Source: Nymphaea colorata
Lineage: Eukaryota
Direction: 5' to 3'
NCBI RefSeq assembly: GCF_008831285.2
Contig: NC_045138.2
Coordinates: 38,998,001 to 39,062,000, forward strand
Length of the DNA stretch: 64,000 nucleotides
Part shown: positions 24,120-36,200 of the stretch, piece after piece
How positions within the stretch are numbered: the first letter of the stretch is position 1
Layout: every line of letters starts with the position of its first letter
Position numbers and translations under genes: made by a program
Notes under the pieces: model-generated
What the model was told of the DNA's origin: nothing
What the model saw: only the letters and a program-made list of their open reading frames with translations
The model's database searches: none

Positions 24120-25785
24120 TCAATATAAACCTAATTTGTAGACATTTAATTCTCCAAGTGTAACTGTGACCCCTCCATCCACAACAAGGTTGAGTCCGCT
24201 GGTGAACTTGGACTCATCGCTAGCCAAATAGAGCGCGGCCTCTGCAACCTCCTCTTTCTTCAAGATCACCCCCTTCAAATTGGAGATCCGTTGCCCCAAC
24301 CCATCGACATCGGCAAGGCTCAGTTCCATTGCAGCTGCAGCAAATGGAGTCGCCACCAGGTAAGGTGAGATGCAGTTGGCTCGTATCCCGAACTGGCCCA
24401 GCTCTGCCGCCAAGTTCCTGGTCAGCCCCACCACTGCGTGCTTCGAAGCTGTGTAGCCATGCTGCGCAGTGCCGCCGGCGACTGACGCCGTGCTCGCCGT
24501 GAAGATTATGCTGCCTTTCCTTTGAGGAACCATCACCCTCGCCGCATGCTTGGCTGCCAAGAAGCATCCCGTCACGTTGACGTCCATGACCCGCTGGAAG
24601 ACGGATTTCGGGAAGTCAGCCAGCCGCGCAGCTTTCTCGGCAATTCCGGCGTTGTTGAACATCACGTCAACCTTCCCGTACTTGGCCACGGCTGCGTCGA
24701 CGGCGGAACGGACGTCGTCCTCGTTTGTTACGTCGCAGTGGAAATAGGAGGCGTCTTCGCCGGAGGGAGAAATTTCGTCGGCAACTTTTTGGCCCAGTTC
24801 GTCCTGGATGTCCAGGATCATGACCTTGGCACCGTGGCGGTGGAACAATTTGGCGGTGCTCTCGGCCATCCCGCTTGCGGCGCCCGTTATCAGAGCTACT
24901 TTCCCCCTCAACCTGAGATACATACGTCAAATGCGTGCCATATGTTGTTTCTACAAGTTCTTCACGGGAGTCAGATAGAGAAATCAACGGTGCCATGAAT
25001 CTTTACTTGTAGAAGCCGTGTGATGAAACTTGTTTTTCATTAAGAAATGTCAAGAATATCTATATGCTATTTGGCATGCAACGAGGGGAGAAGTCAAAAA
25101 AATATATTTTTATAACACACTAAAAATAAATATATATGGTTAACAAATTTTCAATTACATATAAAGCTATAAACACTGAATCAAACTTTCAAAAAGTGGG
25201 CTCCATAAAACATACAGCGATACCCCAAAAACCCCACCTGCTTCTGCTTGCAACCATGGATTCCCATCCCCATAACTCAAGAAGAGACTTGAGACTTTGT
25301 CTCTCTCTCACACGTTCACAACTATGCAAAAATTATGAAAGCAAATAGCATCGATATGTTCTTGGGAAGGCTCGGTTCAGTGCAAGAAAATGGGTTAGTT
25401 TCATCAGACTTTTTCTCTAATGGACTTATGACGCTATAGGTAAAGTTTCCACTAAAAGGAAATATTCAGTACATATATAATACTGTTTGGTAATGTCATT
25501 GAAGTTCTCTAGATCTCTCTCAATCTCGCTGCTCCTTCTGGGGATCTTTATAAACCATCTGAATTCCCAAGTGTCTTCAAAGAGAAACTAAGCAATTGGA
25601 GTCGTAAACCTTTCCAAATGAAGCCTCTGCATCCGACTTCACTCAATTGCTTTACGAGTTCGATACAGCAAGAAGCCAACTATTGTTCTGACTTAGGCCT
25701 CTGCTTCATAACACCCACGAAAGAGAACAAACAAAGATGAAAAGAAAAGAGAGAGATTAGTGAGATTAGCTTACCTTTGAGCCAT
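24120..25785 (-). CDS. Short-chain dehydrogenase/reductase SDR-3; exons 25785-25775 and 24912-24120
   Basis: ATGGCTCAAAG|gtaagc ... tctcag|GTTGAGG; near-identical paralog of SDR-2 with 9 amino-acid differences. Confidence 0.93.
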
Positions 25786-28700
25786 GGAAGGAAGTTGGCA
25801 GCAGTTCATTCTGATAGATAAGTGCCTTCGTCTCTTCCTCCTTGTTGCATGTGAGAGTTGCGGGCTCCTTGGCGTACATATATAGGAAGGAGTCCCTAGC
25901 TTACCTTTCTTTCGCTTGGTGGAAAATTTTCATATTTGATCCTATCATTCGCCGACAATTAAAAAATGAACTGTTCTTTCTAATTCCCTGTTTACAAGTT
26001 TAAATTTTCATGAAGGATCCGACCTTAACTTGCGAAAAATAAAGCACTTGACTGCATTTATTTTAGCTTTATATCAGTGTTTCAGCTAACTTTTTATTTT
26101 TCCTGGCTAAGAGAAGTTCAGGGGAAGCACGATAAGTAGACGGGAAGACCTGACTCCGAAGTCCAATTTGGAGGCGCCCAGACTTGGTTTTAGGAACTTG
26201 GTAAAGCTAAAACCTGTGTATATGTATGACATATTTGAAGTTAGTCTTAGCTAGCTTCCTGATGTTATTGAACTGAATGAGGTCAAGCCGTGCAAAGCTC
26301 GTGTTGGAAAAAAGGTAAGAAAAAATGATACATGTACTTTCAATGACCTTTCCAAGAGGAAAAAGCCTATTGACAGTGTCAAATTTTGACTGGTTTTCAA
26401 ACGGAGGCATTAAATTTTCATTGACTTTTTGCTAAGAAGAATTGCTTCTTACGGAAGTTAATGTACATACTGCATTTTTGCATAGAAATCTTCACGAAGT
26501 TCTATATAACATGACTCTTCGAGTTTGCAAGCTTAGTTACTTCTTGTATTGGTGCTCAAAATTCTCTCATGTTCTCTTGGAATGTGCATGGCTTCCAAGC
26601 TAGTATATGTGGATGATCTTGTTATTGCAATATCTTGTGAGAGCATGGTGAATTTCAAAGGATTATTTGGGTAGTATATTTCACATGAAGGATATAAGAG
26701 CAATTGGAAGCATGTTCTCGAAATTGGATAAGCTATGCTCAACAGGTGCATATTTATACCTTTGATACTGTGTTTGTGTGCTGACATATCTTGCTTTCTT
26801 CGCTGCTTGATTGGAAGGCTCATTTATTTAACCATGCTTGACTTGACCTTATATTTCATTTGACATTCATTGCTTTCTACGCTGCTTGATTGGAAGGCTC
26901 ATTTATTTAACCATGACCTTATATTTCATTTGTCATTCATATGGTTATAGCCCCTTTATAATTAAAGAAATCGCAGCTAAGTCACATGAATATTGGTACG
27001 AGTACATACTATCAATATGAGAATATGACAAAGTCATTCTTGACATTGAAATTTCGATGCCTATATCTGACATATAAGTTGCCCTCATGAATGATAGCTA
27101 GGTCTGCGTGGACAACTAGCCACTTGACTTGGTAGTGCCTAAAAATTTTTGGATTCAAAAGATATCTGACTCTTCAAAATCAAAACGAAATAATTGAGGG
27201 GCACCAACAGAAAAATAAGCAAATTCTAGATACATATATATATAATGACCTTTTGTGGCACTGTGTGGGCAATTGCCCTCACAAGCTTATAGGCAATACC
27301 TCCCCTGATCGCCACTTCAAACTTTCATGGCCTTGCTGGTAGATATCTCTTGTTAATATATAACTTGATTTCATCTGAAAAATTCTTTGCAACTTAAAAT
27401 CAAGTCTGCCTGCCGTCCATTGCTCATGGAATTCATATGGTGATGCCGTGGTGCCAAGCACTTCTTGGAGAAAAGTCAGAAAAGGTGAAAACGAAGCCTT
27501 GGGAGAAAATAACGAGTGCGTGGACTTTGCCCGATGGTGGGAGAGCAAAAAAGCTATAGAACGTTTCGACCAGCACCACAAAAACTCTTTATTTTCATAT
27601 TGGTGTGTTAAATGATTTGTTTATTTTTATATAGTGCTCCTCCTTAGAGCGCAACCTTCATCCCAAAACTCCTATCTCTGCCACTCATATAGACAACTTT
27701 TTTTTATGTGATTAAGAACTCTTCAAAGACTAGACAGTGGGGACTGTGTTGGCTTGTGCAGGAGATTAACACTTACAGGAATCGAACCAGGAATCTCTAC
27801 CAGTACCGCTGCACATTACTCATCAAAACTCGACGAGCTAGAGTTCAAATGTATGCTCGAAATGTTAAACAAGTCAAATTCACGTTGTAAAGTCTCAACT
27901 CTTTTAAACTTTGACTACATAACGAAATGAGGCAAACTTATAAACAAAATAAACAAGTTGAGCTGGACTTTGATACTGTATTGTCGAGTCCAGTTCGAAC
28001 ATGTTCCCAGTTCAAGTTTTTTGAGTCAAGTCGTGCTAGAACTGGCCCATGACCCATCTCGTGCTCGGTTTAACTCATGTAAAGGCCTGTCTACAAGGTA
28101 CTGGTTGAACTAACCACCTATGCACTATTGCTTAGCGGTTAAGTTTAATATTTAAAAGTTATAACTCAAATTGGTGGTAGCCTACAATTATTTCTACATG
28201 ATAGAAAAGACCCCAAGGTGATATCGCTGCCAACATGAACTCTTGAAACTGGTTTTTCATGTCAATTTTATGGGGAAACAAGAAAGCTCTATGCATTTAT
28301 TATATTGTACTTCATACGGTAAAAGATTCAGTTGAATGCATGAAAAGCCTACTTAATTTTATTTAATTTTTTTTTACTAAATGTAACTATATAGATGTCA
28401 ATGTCATGTATGTAAATTTAATGTGTTTTCATTCTCTTGGGTTTTTTTTTTCCCATTTGAAGTGTTAGTTTTCTTAATCACCACATTTTTAATTTTTTTT
28501 TTACCATATTCAAGGGTTTGAAATGTTATAAAATCTTGTTAAGTAGGGAAAGGGCAGAGCCAAAAAAATTTCATGAGAGAGACTGAATTAAAGTTTATAA
28601 ATTTTGACTAGTGCTGAATTATCATTTTTCAAAAATTTTATATAAACAAGTGAAATTTTTAAAATTTTATATGCTAATTTAAAAAAAATGAGATGAGGCC

Positions 28701-29787
28701 AAATCCCATACGGGCTCTACCATAGCTCTATCCCTGGTCAGGGATCCAGAATCAAATAGTTGACGTTTAAAGGGCATCTATAGATAATTTTCTACCTACC
28801 CAAACTTTTTATTTCTAAAAATAAATCATGTTCAAAGACGCACTCTTCTGAAATAAATTTTCAAAAATGATGTTGATGTTTTGAAATTTTGTGACAATGA
28901 TGGATTTTTCTTAACAAGTTGCCAAATAAAGACGCCTTATTTTTTGGTAGCTTATGAGATGTTCACTTTTCCCTTATCCAAAATTTAAAAGTATTCAAAT
29001 AGCTCCATGGATCACAGGCGGGAACCTCCATCTGGTGGATCCCAATATATATGTCCAATGAATCCTCATCTTTTCTTATCAGATTCGGTTTGACTTCGTA
29101 GCCAAATTCAACCGAGCCTCCGATAAAAGATAAACTCTATTACATATCATCGCCAAATATTATGTTGGCCCAACTTGACTCGCACTTATATTATTTGATG
29201 GTATGCTGATCCGATAAAAGATCAAATCTAGTGGTTCTTGTAATACTTTGATGTTTTATCCGCTGTGCTTCAAATGGTGGCAAACGTAACACCCAAGTTA
29301 AAGAATATATAGCAAGTTTCAAAACAAACCAAAACCTTGGAGGTATAAAGGTATGACCTTGTGAAGGTGGTTATACATGCCACCAACATGTACGAAACTT
29401 TTGTAACGCCACCACAAAAAATGCCCTTTAGAAAAAGAGAATCTTTTGGAGGGACAAAAAAAAAAACAAAAAAAAGGTAAGGATTTGTGTATGAGATAAT
29501 GATAAAGGTATCAGATAATGATGAGGGTACGAGATAATGAGTGTGAGATAACGACATGAGTATGAAATAACAACATGGTTATGAATATTCACTATGCATG
29601 TGCAATGTAAGGACATTAAAGTAAATATGCATATTAGTAGTTGGGTCTACCCTCCAGCATTCACTCATTATGTACACAAGTGACCTAAAGAACTTGATTT
29701 CATGGCCTTGGGTGTTTTACCATTGTTTTCCTTAACACAACATTTTAAAAAAATGGAGTCCAAATTTGAGACCAATTGCATAAGAGT

Positions 29788-29828
<41 letters not shown>

Positions 29829-30628
29829 TTATTTTGAGTGACATTTTTCATACGCCAAAACTTGAGAACTTGATATAAGCTAAAATCCATGCATTATATA
29901 TATATATTTATATACACAAGTCCGAATAATTGACCAATGCATTAAGTTAGTCTTAGCCTACTTCTTGGTGTTCATGAACAGCATTTATCATTCTGCTGAT
30001 GAACCTCATCTTCCTTCGTCCTCAAACTCAAAATTCCACCTCTCATTTTATGTATCATACTAAACCTTCTACCCACACAGACGACCTTTCCTACTTAACT
30101 GAAGACTTCTATTATTGCTGGTAAATCACTAACTCAAACATCAATAGATCGTCGCCTTGGTAGTAGACATTTCTTGTCTAACGTCATTTCGTTTGACAAG
30201 TAATTTGATTCTTGCGAAGAAAATGCTGCGTGTACTGTGACTGATCTTCCCAAGGGGAAAATGCCTATAGAAAGGCTTAGATGCTAAAGATTGTATTAGA
30301 AAGGCAAACCTGGTTGTATGTGCCACACTTTTTCCTGCAGTGTTATTATGAAAATACCCACACTCACATACCAAAAAAAAACTTTTTGGGAAGATAAAAA
30401 TAAAAATTGAAAAAAATAAAAAGACTATAAAAAACATACCTTTTTAAAAATTTACTAAGATATCTCCCTTGCAAGTTGAGCATGCATAGTGCTTCCAAGC
30501 TAGTATATGTGGATGATAGTGTTATTGCAGTATCTTTTGAAAGCAAGGAAAATTTCAAAAAAAATTTGGGTAGTATATTTCACATGAAGGATTAAGAGTA
30601 ATTACAAGCATTTCCTTGACATTGGATA

Positions 30629-30793
30629 CACGGAGCTATCGTGTGTCTGTTGCGGGCAATTGCCCACACTAACCCACAAAATTTGTTTTATTTACGTATT
30701 GATGTTTCATTTTTTAGTGTTATATATGGGTGTCCCTTAAAAGTTCGAAAGCTTAAGGGTGCCCCTTAGTTAAAAACTTCTAGCTCCACCACT
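30629..30793. mobile_element. Short TIR element (ends CGGAGCTA...TAGCTCCAC) inserted into an older duplicated segment
   Basis: Interrupts the sequence ttggata|agctatg, which is contiguous at ~18896-18909 and ~26724-26737; the ends are inverted repeats. Confidence 0.65.
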
Positions 30794-31024
30794 AGCTATG
30801 TCCAAGAGGTGCGTATATTTCTATCTTTGATGTTGTAAGTGTGTGCTGGACATATCTTGCTTTCTACGTTGCTTAATTGGGAAGCTCATTTATTTAACCA
30901 TGTCTCAACCTTATATTTTATTTGTCATTTATGTGTTTATAGCCGCTTTATAAAGAGAGAAATCAAAGCTGATGTCTAAGTCACGACTCACACAAATACT
31001 GGTATAGGTATAGGGAGTGTATAC

Positions 31025-31217
31025 CATGGGCAGAGCCAGAAATTTTTTATGAAGAGGGTCAAATTAAAGTTTTTAAATTTTGATAGGGCTGAAATATTAC
31101 TTTTCAAAATCCTTATATAAAACAAGTGAAATTTTCTAAAATTTAGATGTAAATTTAAAAAAAAAAAATTTGAGGTGGGGTCAGGGCCCTGCAGGCCCCT
31201 CCTTGGCTCTACTCCTG
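31025..31217. mobile_element. ~190-bp MITE family member (other copies ~20111-20282, 28551-28736, and inverted at 44449-44642)
   Basis: Imperfect TIRs CATGGGCAGAGCCA / TGGCTCTACTCCTG; shared core aattaaagttt...ttttcaaaa...tatataaaacaagtgaaatttt in all four copies. Confidence 0.8.
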
Positions 31218-33074
31218 ATGTATACGAACACAACAATTTTAAAATTTATGGATACAGGAATACATCAATGTATATGTGTGTGTGTATGCAATATTCCTTA
31301 AAAAAATTATGTAAAATTAGTACAAAACAGGTGAGAAAAATGCAAAACAAGTGAAAAAAATACATTTTAAACTCGTGAGCTTAAAATGACCTCCATGTTA
31401 ATGTTTTAAATTTACCTTATTGTCTTCAAACATATATCCTCTGTTTGCTCCTCAAATTGTTCGACTTACTAATAACAAAGTCATGTAAAGTTTGCGTTTT
31501 TATTATTAGTAATTTAACTAGGGTAAGTAGCTCATCTAAGCAATGTTGCGACCAACATGAACTTGTATCATTCAACATCTAATCATATGCCATGTCCATA
31601 TTTAATTTTTTTTTTATCTTAATTTCTCTTGTTAATAAGACACGAGCGTATACATTGATGATCGGGGGGCTGAGTCACATGTGGACTTGTGTGGGCAATG
31701 GTCCACATAGTTCCACAAGGGTTTATTTATTTACATATTGCTTGGCTTTATGGATTTGCATATTTATATATTGGTTCTCCTCAAGCAGTGTTCCTCAATC
31801 CTTTACTTGTTTCCCATTAAACTAGTAGGCATTATTCCTTCTTTCAATTATTTATATTTCCGGAGTAGAAATGAACTCTTCATTTTCCCATTTTAGCCTC
31901 ATAAATGCACCTTTGTCTTTGTCTTTCCAAGGGCATTTACATAATTTCAGGCACTTCTCTAAACCCCCTTAAATATGCTTCTTTGCCTAACTTTTAGAAA
32001 AACGTAGGCTTATTTTAAAATATTTAGAAATGAGAGGTTCTTCTTCATGTTATGATTGAAAGTTTAGTCATTCAGATAAATTTTATCATTCATCTCTTTT
32101 GCTTTTGTACTTTGTTTTACTTTTCACGTGCTTTGGTATTTCTTGTTATCCATTTGGTTGGTGGATCTTGCATATTGCCAATCTAAAACATTACTAAGAT
32201 CATACCTTTTCCCTTCCCTTTCTTGCTACAATATCATCAATGCAAGCCGACAAGCTTGGAACAAGTAAATCATTATAATAAGTATCATGTAGGAGACCGG
32301 GTGACATTATTTCAATTATTTTAACATTCCTTCTATGAATGTAAGTTGAATTGCTCAAAAAAATCCAAAAGACAGAGGCTAAAATATCAACCAATCATCC
32401 TCTCTCAAAATGGTATTAAAAGCTGATTTTTAAATATACATATATATTTTTAAGTTCAACTTTTTGTTGGACTTATGTTAATGTTATTTTTCTTATATAT
32501 ATATATATATGAACAGCGTGTAGGCATGCGTTTCGATTCTCATGAGCATAATTCATGTTGGTACTGGAAGATGAACTTGAAGGGTGTCCACGGTTTTAAG
32601 TGGACAGATATTTGTTTCTTATATGTCTTCCATTCAAATTTAAATAAATAAATCCACGAATCATATATATATATATATATAGTTTAAAACAAATTTAAAT
32701 AACAGTAACAGCAAACTTCTGTCAATTATTAGAACTTACCCAAGTTTTTTAACTTGACAGAGTCGACATTCCTTTATTATCATCTCGAAAGGTTTCTATT
32801 GATTCGTCGCTAAACAAATGCAACGGTGGTACCCTTTCATAAATAAATACGCTTGTAAATTTGAAAAGATGGTACAGAAAAATATAGAAGTTAGATACGT
32901 TCTGTCATGACAAGATTTAAAGCGAAGATTAACACTTGTCAGGGTAGTAAAACTTGTGAAGAAGAAAAAAAGTCGTATTGGAAGATATTGATGAAAGATT
33001 GGGATGGACCTTTCGTACCATGTTGCGTCAGAAGTACTGTTCAGTTGGTTTTATCCACCTTTGGTCCGGACATA

Positions 33075-33111
<37 letters not shown>

Positions 33112-33252
33112 GAAATGAATGTGGATGAGAACTTCGCAGGGTGAGAGAGACGGATCGGAGGTTTCGTTTTGTTTATCTTGATTGGCATCTAAAAAACTTA
33201 ACCAGGAAGATTTCTGCGGCCGCTGATCCGTTCGCGACATTCAGGAGGAAAA

Positions 33253-36200
33253 ATGGAGGCTGCCGATCTCTGGGCATCGAGATTTGCCGCTGCAAAGAGA
33301 CAATACTCCTTGCATCACAACTCTCACCCAGGAGGAGGTATCTCTCTAGCTCTCTCTCTGATTGCGTTTGGATTTATCTAGAAAGGGAGGAAAATAGAAT
33401 AATCTTTGGAATAAATGATGTTTGCTAGATCGGCGGAGCCTAATGGATGATTTGGAATCGGAGGAGGAGCTTCGTCCGGACTTCCCTTGCCCTTATTGCT
33501 ACGAGGATTACGATATTGCATCGCTCTGCTCTCATTTGGAAGATGAACATCCTTCCGTCGACTCTAGAGCCGCCGTAAGAACCACCCGTCCGTTTCCTTG
33601 CCCTTCTCCCTCTCCCCTTCTTCCTCCTCCCCATTCTTGATCAAGAACCCCCAACGGTAACGACTTGCCGCTTCTTAAATAGACGATTTCTTAGTTTCTG
33701 GTCCATTAATAATGGAGTTTTTTTGGGTTTCTCTGTTTCTTCTTTTATTAGAGCAGGAATTGTAGGATTCACGATTGCCCATACATTGGTTGCTTAAGTT
33801 TTTTACAATGATTGCAAACCATTGGACCGCTCTTAATGAGTTTCTGTGTGTGTATATGGATATATAGGAAATATATTGATCTCTCTCTCTCTCTCTCTCT
33901 CTCTCAGGTATGTCCAATTTGTCTGGTTAAGGTGCCAAGGGACTTGCTCAACCATATCATGCTACAACACAGGCAACTGCTCACACCTTCTTCTTTTCCT
34001 TTTGGTCTGCTGTCTTATTTACGATTTTTTGTCTGAGGTGATCACAGTGCCTTCTCTGTTTCCTTTTTCAAAAAAGAAAAAAGAGAAGAAAATGGAAAAG
34101 ATAGAAGAAAAAATATCTTTATATTGTGCGGCTCGCTAAGAAACTTTAGTACGGTCGTAAATGGTTGTGAGAAAAGTGTTATGTCTGTTTTTCTAAAACG
34201 GCTACTTGTATAGGCGACAACGGCTGCGGAAAGTGGCTCTTTCAAGTAGTCAAGCTTCGTCCCTGCTTGGTTATGATCTTCGTGAAGCCCATCTATCAGT
34301 CCTTTTGGGAGGTGGAGGTGGTGGAGGTGGTGGAGGAGGGTATCGTCTAAGTGGCATCAACTCATCAGGCACTAGCGTTTTGGTCAATGACTCACTTCTC
34401 TCAACACTTGTTCTGAACTTTGCATCGCCTGAACCGGAAGAGGCTTCCAAAGCTTTCGCTTCAAGTGTTGATGACTTCCTGAAAAAGAGCGCGCCTTCAA
34501 GCCAGTCTTGGAAGTCTAGGTAATGCCTTCCGTCACATCTGCTAGATATTAGCTTGAGCTGATTCAAAAATGATACCCCAGAATTTTGTGTCTTGTGTAG
34601 TTGTTTTATTGTTTTCAGCCATTTAGGAAGAAAAATATTTTTATCACAGGCGCCAAGATAAAATGATAAATGTCAATATAGTTAAGGAATTCAGAAGTTT
34701 TTCTGATCTATGAGTTTAAACGTACTTTCTCCAGGTTTATGTGTAACTAGCTAACTAAGACATTCTGTTGTTATGTTTTGACCACTGTCACTGACTCACT
34801 GGTGCTATGATATCTTGAAAATATTGTTTTTCTGAAAATCTTCCTAAGAAGTCACAAGAGTAAGAACATTGTGATATTTCCAAAATTTTGATGTTGAGAA
34901 CGCACATTGTTTGTTCCTCATTTTTTTCATTTTTAAAAACCACATAATTGTTTAAAGCAAAAAAAAAAAAAACTTATTTTAAATTCTGTTAAAGAAAACT
35001 CTTTGACAGAAACATTGAGACTGATATTGGTCATTGTGGCCTGGTAATGGTCTAAAATAGAAAGCACTTTTTGGTGCCTCAATGGCTGACCACATGTTGG
35101 GCAGGTGTAATTTATAACAGCATAGTTTCACTTTTGTTTCTGAGATCCAAGTATACTATATTAGGTACAGAACCCTTCTTTTCTTTTCTTTCTTTTAACC
35201 TGTAGAAGTTTGGACTACAATAATTTGCTGTAGCGATATATGCTCCTAGGACCTCCTTTACAGTCTTAAGTTGACAGTTTATTCTTATGTTAAGAGCTAA
35301 GGCTGATGACATTCTTTCTCAGATGCTGTGATGCATGGGTGGGTTACGTAACTTAGATCAGAAAAGATGCCATGATGTCATTAGGGGTGGAAACAAGACA
35401 ATACAACGACCCATGGCTCAGCTCATTGATAATTGTTTGGATTCATGAATTGGCCTCAGTGAGCCAAAAGTACAAGCGATCAGCTAATTTCAGATTGTAT
35501 AGGCCGAGCAGTAACAGATTTGCTTTATATGCATGTCATGTACATAGAATAGTTGGTGAAGTGATTGGTTTCCAAGTGACTGATCAGTGTTTGTGCATTT
35601 CACTTGCAACAATGTGTTTGCCTTATAAATAAGCTCATTTAAGATTGGTTCAATGGGATCCAAATTCTGTTCTCTGCATTGAAAATTGTGAGTAAGCCTG
35701 AGTTTGGCTAATGTAAATTTTGCTGCTATGAGCCTAAACTTGCCCAAATCACTGCAGGAACAAATCAATCTTCGATACCTTGCTTTTAAGCTTCAGCTAG
35801 TTTATGTCCCCTAGTTGCAACTCCTATTAAAGATTGGTTAGAAGTAGCACCACTCCTGTTTCCAGTTATATGGTTTTATGGGCGTCTTTAGATTTGGAGG
35901 TTCAAGTTTCAACTGGCTATTTTTACAAACTAATAGAAGTGCAACCTGTTTGAGCAAATGCATAAAGGGGTACATGCTGATTGGTAGCTTTTGAGCCTTT
36001 TCTAGCCTCTTTAATTACTGAAGTGGGTAATCTTGATGTTAAATGGGCAGTTGCGAGTTGGGCTGGAGCTCCACCTTACGGCTGTTTCCTGCCTTTTTTA
36101 CGTCCCTGATTCATGAGATAGTTAAGATCAGAAAGGCAAATCTCACTGTCTTTACTCTTTAGTTGTGCAGATTTTGGAACAATTTTTTTAGGTTTTCTTT

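Larger units (their letters stand above)
21570..29915. repeat. Copy B of ~8.3-kb tandem segmental duplication
   Basis: Begins atatatgactaatattcaatatg (as at 13225) and ends ...aaaatccatgcattatatata (as at ~21535-21555). Confidence 0.93.
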
